From the NCBI GenBank assembly GCA_963700285.1, contig CAVOXA010000014.1, positions 736,001 through 800,000 of the forward strand: DNA of 64,000 nucleotides, read 5' to 3'. The notes beneath the pieces are model-generated. The model made no database searches. It worked only from the letters and a program-made list of their open reading frames with translations, and was not told the DNA's origin. The stretch is from an uncultured Chloroflexia bacterium (GTDB lineage Bacteria > Chloroflexota > Anaerolineae > JAAYZQ01). This document shows, piece after piece, positions 1-9,835 of this stretch (position 1 is the first letter of the stretch; every line of letters starts with the position of its first letter). The position numbers were made by a program, and so were the translations under genes.

Positions 1-1305
1 GCTGAGAACCTGGATTTGGATGCTATCATCGAGCGCGTGCGGGCGTTCCATCCTGCCGTAATTGGTGCTGGCGGGCAAACGCCCGTCAGCCCGCGTTCCA
101 TGGTCATCTTTACTCGCGCCAAGCGAGAAATAGATGAAGCCATCGTTACAGTCGCAGGTGGACCCCATTTTTCGTTTACCGACCAGGAATCCTTTGCCGA
201 GTGCCCGGAGCTGGATGTCATCGTGCGCGGCGAGGGTGAAGAGACCATGAGCCATCTCTGCGCAAAGATTGCGGCCGGCGAGACGCTGGACGAGGTAGAC
301 GGTATTACCTGGCGGAACGGAGATGGAAAAGTCATACGCAACTCCGATCGCCCGCCCCTCGACGATATCGACTCCCTCCCCTTTCCAGCGTGGCATCTGT
401 TTCCGGTGCACAAATACCACTGGGTAGGCAATAGGCTCCTTGCTACATCTTCGTCGCGTGGATGTCCCTATCACTGCCCATATTGTATCACCTGGAAAGT
501 ACACAAAGGTGTCAGGCACAGAAACCCAGTCAAGATCGTTGAAGAGATGGTATGGGCGAAAAAGAACTTTGGCCATGACACTTTCTTCTTTCAGGATGAT
601 GCCTCCTTTCTCGTGCGTGGGCAGATGGAGGGATTCCTGGATGCGTTGGAAAGGTGCGGAGAGAAGTTGTTCTGGTATTATGAAACGCGAGAGGACGTCT
701 TTCTCAGCTTCCGTGATCTCTGGAAACGCATGAAAAGGAACGGCCTCTTCAAGATCGTGTTCGGGCTGGAGTCCCCGGATCCCCAAAAAAGGGAACTCTT
801 TGGGAAAAAGGGATACGATCCCGACTCTGTCGAATCCATGCTTCGCGTGCTGGAAAAAGAACTCGATGTCATGGTATCTGTGTACCTTCTCTTCGGCGTG
901 CTTGAAGATACCGAGGCATCAATGGATGCCACGTTGGCGTACGCAAGGCATCTGTATCCGGACCTCTGTTCGTTTGTTGTGGGGTCCATGGCGGTTCCCT
1001 TTCCGGGGACCGACATGTTTGTCAATCTGAACAAAGAGGGCCTGATCAGCAGCTACGACTGGAAGGAATATGGTTTTGGCAAATCGGTGATCAAGTCCTC
1101 CATTCCCCCAGAAAAGCTGCAGGATACTTTCAGCGGATTCTGGATCCGCACTTACGTGCGGCCCAAGGCTCTGCTCAAGCAAGTACAACTGCTCCTTTCC
1201 CGAAACCGTTTCAGACGCGCGATGGCGAAGCAATACATTGTGATGGCGGTTGAGATGATCTCGGATGTCAAGAGAATGAAAGGTGAGACTAAGGATGAAT
1301 TCTAG
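1..1305 (+). CDS. B12-binding radical SAM protein (class B methyltransferase-like), 5'-truncated by the window edge
   Basis: CxxxCxxC (CPYHCPYC) after SSRGC; GGPH and VRGEGE motifs of the B12-binding/radical SAM family; frame is open from the window start. Confidence 0.85.
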   Translation, partial: AENLDLDAIIERVRAFHPAVIGAGGQTPVSPRSMVIFTRAKREIDEAIVTVAGGPHFSFTDQESFAECPELDVIVRGEGEETMSHLCAKIAAGETLDEVDGITWRNGDGKVIRNSDRPPLDDIDSLPFPAWHLFPVHKYHWVGNRLLATSSSRGCPYHCPYCITWKVHKGVRHRNPVKIVEEMVWAKKNFGHDTFFFQDDASFLVRGQMEGFLDALERCGEKLFWYYETREDVFLSFRDLWKRMKRNGLFKIVFGLESPDPQKRELFGKKGYDPDSVESMLRVLEKELDVMVSVYLLFGVLEDTEASMDATLAYARHLYPDLCSFVVGSMAVPFPGTDMFVNLNKEGLISSYDWKEYGFGKSVIKSSIPPEKLQDTFSGFWIRTYVRPKALLKQVQLLLSRNRFRRAMAKQYIVMAVEMISDVKRMKGETKDEF

Positions 1306-1657
1306 CTCAGAAAGGCGCAGCCCTTAGAAGACAGTCACTATGCGCCTTATCAGCCCCTGAGGCGCACAGGGAGCAGCCATACCGTAAGCACCAGGAGTGC
1401 AGTCGTGAGCCTGTAGCGCCCGAACCTGCGGGCCGGTACCTTTTGAGTTCTTCTCCGCCTTGCTGGGCAGATTCATAGTGAAACTGCTGTCCGACCGCTG
1501 CTACGCTGCCATCCTCGATACCAAAGCCCCGTCGATTGATTTGACCTTCGACACGGCAGATGGCCCTGCGCGTCTCGCAAACGTGCGAGCCCTGATGCAT
1601 CTGCCTCAAGCGAGTGTTTGGGAACCAGCATAGGGCCATCCTCCGCGAGCGCAATCC

Positions 1658-1804
1658 CTAGAAGGGGATGTCCATCGCGCCGGCAAATGACTTGCGCAGT
1701 AGCGTATCCCAGAAGACTATCCGTTCGCCTACGAGGGTAAATCCCACGGGCTTGTCCTTGACCTGCACGGATTCCATCATTGCGTAGCGTTGTTTGGCAA
1801 TTAT
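1658..1804 (-). pseudogene. Possible 5' remnant of a Rieske (ring-hydroxylating) oxygenase gene
   Basis: Translation IIAKQRYAMMESVQVKDKPVGFTLVGERIVFWD resembles the 'M-x-x-N-Q-WY...KP-V-G-x-x-x-GE-x-x-V-x-WR' N-terminus; it stops before any CxH cluster motif. Confidence 0.4.
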
Positions 1805-1901
1805 TTGCTCATCTTCATTTGGTAAGGTTCCGACACGACGGACCGCAGTCCAATTACTCAGTCTAGGGAGGTCACCGATTAGCGTTGCTCCAAGGCCATG
1901 G

Positions 1902-2726
1902 CTAAGATCGCCGCGTCCGAACCTTGAGCGCGATGACAGCCAGCGCATAGGTGAATCCAGCCAGTACCAGACAGGCAAGCAGCCCCTTCCACATTGCTGC
2001 AGCGTCCCAGCCGGTGTTGAGTAGTGCCCGCATCGCTTGGAGCACATACGTGATTGGGTTCAAGGCTGCTGCAATCCTGAGCCAACCATCGAGTAGCTCG
2101 ATTGGCACAAAGGTTGGTGCTAGAAATGTCAGGGGAACAAAAACAAAGGTAGCACCTTCTGTAACTGCTGCGCTGCCACTGCCCAGAGCCGCAGACACCG
2201 TGAACCCGGCGAACCCAGTGCCAAGAAGAACAGAGAGGACCACAACAAACAGCAAGCCAGCCCAGCCAGTCGCCGGATCCAACCCGAGCAGAAGGCCAAC
2301 GACAAGCACAGCGCTGGCCTGCAGACCCAATATCACGGCTCCAGCCAGGATTGGACTCAGAAGCAGGACGCCGCGACTCACTGGTGTGATCAGGAGTTTG
2401 TCAAAGTAGCCACGTTCCAAATCGCGTACCAAGTTCTGGGATGCAATGCCCGCTCCTGCCACCGAAGACGTGACGATAGAAAGGGGCAGGATAAAGCCAA
2501 GGTAGTCGCCCTCCATACTTGGAATGAAACCGGCCGCCTTGCCCAACGTCGACTCGTAGATGATCAAAAAGAAGACACTTATGGCTATAGGTGGTAGCAA
2601 GGCTTCTGGCGTGCGAAAGATCGTGACCAGGTTGCGCCGCAACAGTAGGAGCAGTTGGCAAGGGAACGAGAGTCGATTCCCTCCTCTACTGCTATGCCAC
2701 GCCGAACCATCTGCCTCATGAGTCAC
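1902..2726 (-). CDS. ABC-2 type exporter permease (DrrB-like)
   Basis: Six hydrophobic segments; D-x-ERG...LLITP and NPITY motifs; overlaps the upstream ATPase by 4 nt. Confidence 0.9.
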   Translation of the reverse strand: MTHEADGSAWHSSRGGNRLSFPCQLLLLLRRNLVTIFRTPEALLPPIAISVFFLIIYESTLGKAAGFIPSMEGDYLGFILPLSIVTSSVAGAGIASQNLVRDLERGYFDKLLITPVSRGVLLLSPILAGAVILGLQASAVLVVGLLLGLDPATGWAGLLFVVVLSVLLGTGFAGFTVSAALGSGSAAVTEGATFVFVPLTFLAPTFVPIELLDGWLRIAAALNPITYVLQAMRALLNTGWDAAAMWKGLLACLVLAGFTYALAVIALKVRTRRS

Positions 2727-3733
2727 GAGACATGAACCTCCGTGTCCGCCCCGTCCCCAGACTTTGATCCTCTGGCCGTGGACATCTCCAGCGTCTGCAA
2801 CCGATGGCCGGTCACTGCAAGGAACACGTCGTCAAGCGTTGGCTGGGTTAAGGTCAGCGAAATCGTCGGTACCGCCGCCTGTTGAAGCCGGTTCAACACG
2901 GACGGGATTGCCGCAGCAGCGTGGCTCAGATACAGACGGACCATTTCGCGATCCAACTGGATACGATCGCCCATGCCAGCCAGTACAGACATCGCTTCTT
3001 CAGCCATCTGTCGCGTATCAAACAAGAGGTTCAGCGATTCGCTGCCCACAGACGCCTTTAGTATAGCAGGTGAACCCTCGGCCGCGATCTTGCCTTGGTC
3101 GATGATCACCACCCTGTCGGCCAGCTCGTCTGCCTCCTCCATATATTGGGTTGTGAGAAAGATCGTGATCCCCAGCTGCGCGTTCAGCCTTCTGATTTCC
3201 TGCCACATATCTCTTCGGCTTGCCGGGTCCAGGCCCGTAGTCGGTTCGTCTAGGAAAAGGACCTCCGGCTCATGAACCAGTGCCATGGCCAGGTCCAAGC
3301 GCCGCCGCATTCCAACACTTAAGGTACCAGTCCGGCGACCCACCTCCTCAGCCAGTCTGATCAACTGGATCAGTTCTTGCGCGCGCGTTTTGGCGTCTAA
3401 GCGGTTGGCGCCAAAAAGCTGACCCTGCAACGTAAGAAGCTCCAATGGCTTCATGAGCGGATCGATACCGATCTCCTGCAGCGCCACGCCGAGGATTCGA
3501 CGCACGGATTCTGCCTCTGACACCACATCAAAACCGCAGACTGTAGCACGCCCATGCGTAGGCAGCGCCAGCGTGGTCAGGATCTTGATGGTTGTACTCT
3601 TGCCTGCCCCGTTGGGACCAAGAAAACCAAAGATGCTCCCTCTCGCCACTTGGAAGGAGACGCCGTCCACGGCTTTCACCGGGCCACGGTAATGTTTGGC
3701 GAGATTCTCGACAACAACAGCTTGATCGATCAT
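2723..3733 (-). CDS. ABC exporter ATP-binding protein (DrrA-like)
   Basis: Walker A GPNGAGKST, LSVGMRRR signature, LFLDEPTTGLD, C-terminal PTLDDVFL. Confidence 0.95.
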   Translation of the reverse strand: MIDQAVVVENLAKHYRGPVKAVDGVSFQVARGSIFGFLGPNGAGKSTTIKILTTLALPTHGRATVCGFDVVSEAESVRRILGVALQEIGIDPLMKPLELLTLQGQLFGANRLDAKTRAQELIQLIRLAEEVGRRTGTLSVGMRRRLDLAMALVHEPEVLFLDEPTTGLDPASRRDMWQEIRRLNAQLGITIFLTTQYMEEADELADRVVIIDQGKIAAEGSPAILKASVGSESLNLLFDTRQMAEEAMSVLAGMGDRIQLDREMVRLYLSHAAAAIPSVLNRLQQAAVPTISLTLTQPTLDDVFLAVTGHRLQTLEMSTARGSKSGDGADTEVHVS

Positions 3734-3812
3734 ACTTCATCCATTGATAGATGCAAAGACAGCCTGCTAACAAAGTTCCACAGAAATCTGGCCCGGGCCG
3801 GACCCAGCTGGG

Positions 3813-4541
3813 CTAGTCTGCTTGTCGGTTCAGCAGTGCCGGTATGCTGTACCGGTCCATGAACCGGCCGAGTTGTCTGCTCATATCCAAAAAGTCGGAC
3901 AGCTCCTCTTGATTGCGAAAGACCCTCTCCTTGTGATACTGATAGTACTGCTTGACATCCTTGCGCATTGCTATCCAGAACACGATATTCGCAAAGACGA
4001 TATAGGCGAGTACTGCAGGGTCCCCCGTACGGAGCCACAGCCATGGTATGAGCAGAACCATGCCACCCCAGCGTACCAGATGTACCTGTCCGAGCAATAC
4101 ACCAAGCACCACAGCCACCACATTGCAGACAACAATGCCAAGCGGGTCGATGACCAGCACGCTGCCATAGACCACCGATTCGCCCCGGCCACCATGAAAC
4201 TGGTGATAGATAGGCCAGTCATGTCCCACCAATGCTAAGGCGGCGAAGATGAGGTCATACGGAGTCACAGGAAACCAATACTGCAGGGCCAGCATAGGCA
4301 GCACGACCTTGAGCATGTCCAGGATACCGGTCAGGCAGCCATAGCGCGCACCCAGGCTGAGATTCACCAGGGTGGCGCTTGCGGCATCATCTTCGTAGAC
4401 CAGATCGCTGTTCGGGACAGCCTCTACATATCGCGTGACGTCAGTACCTGGCGCCACCAGCCTGGCTATCAGGCGCGCAAAGGAAATGGAGCCGATCAGG
4501 TAGCCAGTTACACCCACAACGAGCGTAGTCAGTGGATCCAT
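3813..4541 (-). CDS. Glycerol-3-phosphate acyltransferase PlsY-family membrane protein
   Basis: GYLIGSI, DMLK and GHDWPIY..FHGGRG motifs; GGAGG RBS. Confidence 0.85.
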   Translation of the reverse strand: MDPLTTLVVGVTGYLIGSISFARLIARLVAPGTDVTRYVEAVPNSDLVYEDDAASATLVNLSLGARYGCLTGILDMLKVVLPMLALQYWFPVTPYDLIFAALALVGHDWPIYHQFHGGRGESVVYGSVLVIDPLGIVVCNVVAVVLGVLLGQVHLVRWGGMVLLIPWLWLRTGDPAVLAYIVFANIVFWIAMRKDVKQYYQYHKERVFRNQEELSDFLDMSRQLGRFMDRYSIPALLNRQAD

Positions 4542-4575
4542 GCCTCCTCCCCCCCGGCAGCCAGCACGTGGTCGA

Positions 4576-5817
4576 CTACGGGCGCGCCTCTAGCTCCTGA
4601 CGCTTCAAGTCTATCTTTTCCTTGAATGCCTGGATGACCACAGGATCATCATTCCAGGCCCCCAGGTTCAACAAGGGGTACCCCTCAGGAACTCGCGCCT
4701 CATTGACCAGCGCTGGAATGTCATATTGGCTGTGTATTGCATCAGCACTTATCGCTGCAGAGAAATACAGTACCTCCTCGACACCGCTTCTAAGAAACTC
4801 CTCCACCTTCTCTGCAGGTTTGGGCTCCTTGAATTCCATCCAGGCCAGGCTCATGTTGTCCTTCCTGTACCCATCGGCCTCCAACTTGGCGAGTACATCT
4901 TCCCGGAAGCCAATCTCCTGTGCTGTCTCTGTCGACCATTCCAGATCCCATTCGTCAGGCTGGCCGTGTCCAACCAGCAGAATACCCACTTTGGACTTGT
5001 CGACGTCGCCCTTGTTGGCATTGGCCCGCTGGACAAACATACTCTGCAAGGTTTCGGAGTCATACATCGGTCCTGTAAACTCGAGCGGTACATCAAACTC
5101 ATCCTCCACTTGCAGCGCCTCAATGAGTTCTTTGCCTTCTGCCGTATGGTTGGAAATGGTCAAAAAGACCTCGCTGACAACGATCCTGCTGGCACCTTCG
5201 TTCAGTGCCTGAATGACGGCCGCGTCCGGTCTGGGATCGTCGTCCAGGAAACTGAGGTAGAACCGGGTAGAGTCGTCCCCCTCTGCACGATATGCCTGTT
5301 CAAGGCTTTTCAGCATCTGAGCGTGCATCCTTCGGTGATCACTCCGACCCACCTCCAGGTATTTGTTCCTGAGCTGGTTGACAAAGAAAGGCCGGGCTAC
5401 GAGCGGCACAAAGGGTATCTTTTGCTCATCGAATTCATTAAACTGGTTGATCCAGCCAATTGGATCGTAGGTCTCGGGTTCGCCGTGCGTAAAGTATACC
5501 ACAGCCGTATGACCTAGGCCAGAATCGCCTTTCTCTCGGGTCAACTCAGGAACAGGTCGAGGGTCCTCCCTTGAGAGAAAGACCTGTGTCATCACAACGT
5601 AGCCTGCAAAAAAAAAGACCAGGGAAAGCGGAATCGCCGCCAACAGCAGTCGCCCCTTGAAACCCAGGGCAAGAACGACTAGCAGGGAAAACAGGACGAG
5701 AAGAGTTGCAGCGAGATACCCACTCATCTGCAGCGGATGAGTGGTCAGAAAGACAACGAGCAGAACGCCAAGAGCGAACGACAGGCCAACCGGCAGCAAC
5801 CATTTTACGTATTCCAT
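4576..5817 (-). CDS. Membrane-anchored ferrochelatase/CbiX-like (class II chelatase fold) protein
   Basis: Three N-terminal TM segments, then two chelatase-like halves (YFTHGEP, LVGHGQP, AWMEFKEP, IHSQYDIP). Confidence 0.65.
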   Translation of the reverse strand: MEYVKWLLPVGLSFALGVLLVVFLTTHPLQMSGYLAATLLVLFSLLVVLALGFKGRLLLAAIPLSLVFFFAGYVVMTQVFLSREDPRPVPELTREKGDSGLGHTAVVYFTHGEPETYDPIGWINQFNEFDEQKIPFVPLVARPFFVNQLRNKYLEVGRSDHRRMHAQMLKSLEQAYRAEGDDSTRFYLSFLDDDPRPDAAVIQALNEGASRIVVSEVFLTISNHTAEGKELIEALQVEDEFDVPLEFTGPMYDSETLQSMFVQRANANKGDVDKSKVGILLVGHGQPDEWDLEWSTETAQEIGFREDVLAKLEADGYRKDNMSLAWMEFKEPKPAEKVEEFLRSGVEEVLYFSAAISADAIHSQYDIPALVNEARVPEGYPLLNLGAWNDDPVVIQAFKEKIDLKRQELEARP

Positions 5818-5853
5818 GCTTATCCCTTTCCAGATCATAGTTTGGCAGTTATG

Positions 5854-8190
5854 TTAGGATTCGTGCAATATGATCTCGCCCCGGTAGGCGTCCACCGTCA
5901 CAAGCGAATTGTCTGCTAGACGGCAGGCTCCAGAGACCGAGACCACAGCGGGAATGCCGTACTCGCGCGCGACGATAGAGCTGTGCGAGAGGATTCCGCC
6001 TGATTCGGCAACAACAGCTCCCGCTCTGGCGAACAGGGGTGTCCAGCCCACATCCGAATGTGGGATCACGAGCACATCCCCGGTCTTGAGCTTGTCAAAG
6101 TCCTCGATACCCTGAAGAACTCTGACCCGGCCTGTGTACTGGCCGCGTGACGTAGGTACACCGCCCAGGCTATCACCAGCGGGGGATATGAGAACAGGTT
6201 CTTGATCCCCGTAGATGAGACTTGGAGGCTGTACATCGCGGACCCCCTCGATTCCTTGCTTGCGCTCCTCAACAGTAGTCTGAAATCGAAAACTTCCAGG
6301 ACCGCTCTCCACTACCTGCACTACCTCCTCGTAGCTAAGGTAAAAGATGTCATCCCTCGATGTAATCACACCTCTACGCGCAAAGTGATCGCCCAGAGCC
6401 AGGAAATGGTCGCGAAATTGCCCATAACCAAAAGTGTAGAGCGAACTCACCGCTTCGCGGTACCAACGGTATCGCCCCGCCAGCCTGTACACTGGTCCAA
6501 TGAAGAATCTACGATGCGACGGTAGTTTCAACTGATCGAACTTTATCTGGCCAGTCCGGACTTGGGTTGGCATTTCGTCAGCAATCATCCTAAGGATCAG
6601 GTCTGGTCTGTCCCGCCAAGGTACGGCCGAGAAATCATTCCCGCTATCGCTCAGATGCCCAAAGCGCTCGATGAATAGCGAAACTTCCCTTTGAAAGGAT
6701 TCAGCACCAGGCAACATGTGCAATTCTTCATAGCTACAATCAGAGATATGGTCTTTCAATTCGGGTTCCAGTCCGCTGTATTGCTCCCTTAATCGCGCGA
6801 GATGCACGTCCGGCTTGAATTGCTCCATCTCTGCCATATGGTCGGTCAGGTCCAGGCCTTCTAGATCGACACCACTCCGAGCTAGTTGCCCTCTGAGTAT
6901 ACGATCGTACAGGTGCATGAGCACCGCTACGACAATATTGTAATAGGCTGCTTCTTGTACCAAGACGAATAGCCTATCAATCCCTTTCAGGAGTTCGTTC
7001 TCCTCCAACTGGGCAGATTTGGCACGCTGAAATGCCTGAAATTGCTCATCCAGCTTTGGGAGCATGGTATCGAGCGCCCTAGCGAATCGGATTTTCCCCG
7101 CAGCAAAGGCAAGGATTCTGGGCAGAAGCGAGTACGTCTTTGGAGTTGGTCTGAAGGATGGCTTCTCCGGCCCCTCTACCTCGATGCCCAGCAAGAGCTC
7201 GAGCGCCTCTCTGGGAAGACCAAGCATCTCAAAGATCTGACCTATGGTTCCCATATCGAAATATGCGCGGTGGTAGAATAGCGCGGCAAGACTCTCAGGA
7301 TCAATATCGTGGGGACCGGTCAACTCGGTCAAGAATCTGACCCAGGCCCCGTTGACCAGCGGAGCATTCGTCGCCCATATCAACGGCTTGATGATCCCCG
7401 GGAAAACCTCACTGGCAATGCGATTGGAATATAACGGAATATCGAGTGAGGTGATCTCGCGCAGTTGAACCCAGCTCACCGCCTCGCCATCGTGGACCCA
7501 TTCCAGATCGACAGGCCTGCCATATTTCTTGGAGATTTCCTTGGTCTGGCGTACAATGCTATCAACAGTGCCCAGCTCGGGGACTTGGTCATCAGGAACT
7601 TGGATCCAGGAACCCCACTTGTTGCTCCAGCGCATGGGCGTAACGCCATCTTGAACCAGGGCCTCGCCACTGCCGCGCACAGCCTCCACAATGACTTCGT
7701 CCATGCCAGTCATGGGATTCTTGCTAAAGGAGACTCCGGAAAAGTGCGGCTGGACCATCTCCTGGATGATGATAGCCATCCTCAACTCACCCGGATCGAG
7801 GCCACTCTTCTCCAGATATGCCTGCACTCCCGGTTCCAGAGCCGCCGCCCATATCGACTGCACGGCCTCTAGGATATCTGCGATTCCTTGCACACCTAGG
7901 TGTGTCTTGAACTGACCCGCAAATGAGTGCTCGTGGCCATCCTCAATGTTTGCCGAGGAGCGCACGGCATATGCGCGGTCCATGTTCAGTCTCTCAAAGA
8001 GGCCGGATCGTAGGTCTGAGACGAGTTCGGGATCACCCGCCCGGTAGCGAACGTACGCATCCCAGGTGCAGACATATGAAGCAGGGACCTGCAGTCCGTT
8101 CCGGATTAGAAACCGTAGATTCTCTGCCTTGCCGCCGATCGTCCCAGGAACTCTGCGAGCACGCAGGTCATAGATAAGAGTTCGTGACAT
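5854..8190 (-). CDS. PEP/pyruvate-binding + PEP-utiliser domain protein (rifampin phosphotransferase/PPDK-like architecture)
   Basis: GGKAENL, AVRSSA..ED...SFAGQF, IIQEMV, DLEW..LQ-like ATP-grasp motifs; C-terminal GGILSHSSIVAREYGIPAV phospho-His domain; ATG 8190 has a GAGG RBS (alternatives 8202/8208). Confidence 0.85.
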   Translation of the reverse strand: MSRTLIYDLRARRVPGTIGGKAENLRFLIRNGLQVPASYVCTWDAYVRYRAGDPELVSDLRSGLFERLNMDRAYAVRSSANIEDGHEHSFAGQFKTHLGVQGIADILEAVQSIWAAALEPGVQAYLEKSGLDPGELRMAIIIQEMVQPHFSGVSFSKNPMTGMDEVIVEAVRGSGEALVQDGVTPMRWSNKWGSWIQVPDDQVPELGTVDSIVRQTKEISKKYGRPVDLEWVHDGEAVSWVQLREITSLDIPLYSNRIASEVFPGIIKPLIWATNAPLVNGAWVRFLTELTGPHDIDPESLAALFYHRAYFDMGTIGQIFEMLGLPREALELLLGIEVEGPEKPSFRPTPKTYSLLPRILAFAAGKIRFARALDTMLPKLDEQFQAFQRAKSAQLEENELLKGIDRLFVLVQEAAYYNIVVAVLMHLYDRILRGQLARSGVDLEGLDLTDHMAEMEQFKPDVHLARLREQYSGLEPELKDHISDCSYEELHMLPGAESFQREVSLFIERFGHLSDSGNDFSAVPWRDRPDLILRMIADEMPTQVRTGQIKFDQLKLPSHRRFFIGPVYRLAGRYRWYREAVSSLYTFGYGQFRDHFLALGDHFARRGVITSRDDIFYLSYEEVVQVVESGPGSFRFQTTVEERKQGIEGVRDVQPPSLIYGDQEPVLISPAGDSLGGVPTSRGQYTGRVRVLQGIEDFDKLKTGDVLVIPHSDVGWTPLFARAGAVVAESGGILSHSSIVAREYGIPAVVSVSGACRLADNSLVTVDAYRGEIILHES

Positions 8191-8278
8191 CCATCGCCTC
8201 ATGCTCAAGAGCAGTACGAGCCCTCAGCACCGTCTGACGGTCGGCATCCCGCCCAATGCGCAGTACCGGTTTCTGCTC

Positions 8279-8294
8279 TGTAACAACCATCACA
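8279..8294. promoter_or_regulatory. CRP-type binding site upstream of the PEP-utiliser operon
   Basis: TGTAA-caacca-TCACA, one mismatch to TGTGA-N6-TCACA; a Crp gene with an RE recognition helix lies 500 bp away. Confidence 0.6.
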
Positions 8295-8351
8295 GTGAGC
8301 GATATTCTATCAGAATACAGACGAAGCACTCGCCGAACTAGGTCCTTTGCG

Positions 8352-8723
8352 TTACTCTCCGTGGCCCTCTCTCGAGACAAGGACATTCATGGCTTCAACC
8401 AACTGCGTGGGCGGGTTGGCCTTGCTGACAAATATATCTGCGCCAGCGGCCAGGGCACTCCCTTCATCCTCTGGTCGTCCACTTAGAACTACAACATAGG
8501 TATGGTTGCCTGAAGCACGGATTGCAGACAGCAACGTCTGGATCGGCGCCCCAGGCAGATCCCAGTCAAGCAAAACGATGTCGGGATGAGCCGGCACCAT
8601 CTGGCTTAGCAGATTCTCGCCGTCCGCTGCTTCGCCAACCACTTTCAAGCCATCCTCCTCCTGCAGAAGCATTCGAAGTGCGGAACGAGTGGCCGCTTGA
8701 CGGTCGGCTATTAGTATGCGCAT
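8352..8723 (-). CDS. Single-domain response regulator (receiver only)
   Basis: MRILIAD...PDIVLLDWDLPG...VVVLS...FVSK; no output domain. Confidence 0.85.
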   Translation of the reverse strand: MRILIADRQAATRSALRMLLQEEDGLKVVGEAADGENLLSQMVPAHPDIVLLDWDLPGAPIQTLLSAIRASGNHTYVVVLSGRPEDEGSALAAGADIFVSKANPPTQLVEAMNVLVSREGHGE

Positions 8724-8807
8724 GATCCTGTCCCCATGCCCAACAAACATGGCCCTCGAGTCAGCAGTTGGAGCTGCTGGCGGAGAGATGCCCACCATGG
8801 GACCAGG

Positions 8808-9467
8808 TCAGCAGGCACTGAACGCCTCGCGAAGGCTTTCTCGATCGAGCAGGATCAGTTTGCCGCGGCCAGATGCCACCCATCCGCGTTTTCGAAACTC
8901 CTGCAGGGTCTTGCTGATGGACTCGCGCCAGGTACCCAGCATGTCAGCCAGTTCATGGTGAGTGACATGAACAGCACGGTGCGGATCGTCGCCTGTCAGA
9001 TCCAGAAGCAGTGCTGCCAATCTAGAGGCGACAGTACTGTAGGCGGTCTGGGCCAGCCGGTCCTCTGTCTCTCGAACACGCTGGCCCATGGCCTGCACCA
9101 ACCCAAAGCCAAACAGGGCATCAGTCGCTGATATCTCCAGCGCTGCTTTGCCAGGCAAGATCCAGACCGTACAAGATTGCAGGCACACAGCATGCATATC
9201 GGGCGCTTCACCGCCCAGCAGGGATGCCTCTCCGAACATAGAACCGGTAGCCAGGGTAGCAACTACAAGGCGACGGCCATCTCTCCCTGTGCGGTAAAGC
9301 TGGACTCGGCCACTTGTCACCAGGAATATGGACTGGGCCATCTGCTGCGCAGTGCACACCGTCTTCCCTGTAGGAAAGGAGCAGATTCTCACCAGGCACT
9401 CCAATTCTCTGTTGCGTTGCACAAGACAACGGAAAATGCTCGTAGCATCCCTCTGTATAGGGTCCAC
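8808..9467 (-). CDS. Crp/Fnr family transcriptional regulator
   Basis: cNMP-binding domain (SMFGEASLLG) and HTH THHELADMLGTWRESISKTL; GTG start after GAGGGG. Confidence 0.88.
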   Translation of the reverse strand: MDPIQRDATSIFRCLVQRNRELECLVRICSFPTGKTVCTAQQMAQSIFLVTSGRVQLYRTGRDGRRLVVATLATGSMFGEASLLGGEAPDMHAVCLQSCTVWILPGKAALEISATDALFGFGLVQAMGQRVRETEDRLAQTAYSTVASRLAALLLDLTGDDPHRAVHVTHHELADMLGTWRESISKTLQEFRKRGWVASGRGKLILLDRESLREAFSAC

Positions 9468-9655
9468 TTTGCTGCCCCTCTGTCTGAGCACTCCATGCAG
9501 TGCAAACTTCACATTGCCGTCTTGTGCGCGAGGCTTCAGCCTCGCTACGTTCCAACCCGACCCCGATCGCATTGCCGAACTAGCAGCCAGGGGGCCTCCT
9601 CCACACACGCCCAGCTTGCTCATGGCTACGGCCTACAGACTGAATTGGTCAAACA

Positions 9656-9691
9656 AGCCACCAAGGTACCGAATCGCGCCTTGGTGGCTTT
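9656..9691 (-). terminator. Hairpin, probable terminator downstream of the sortase-substrate gene
   Basis: AAGCCACCAAGG...CCTTGGTGGCTT inverted repeat. Confidence 0.55.
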
Positions 9692-9835
9692 GGGACATCA
9701 CCGGGGACCGGATGCTGAACCCGGCGATGGCTTTCTACCGTAGGGCCCAGACCTGGTCTGGAGTTTTCCAGAACCATCGCCGCGACAATCTAGACGAGTC
9801 GCAGAAGAGCAGGCCTCAAGCCCACGGACTTGAGA

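Noticed and set aside
9497-9513. Autoregulatory CRP site upstream of the Crp gene
   Set aside because: Only one half-site (TCACA) matches.
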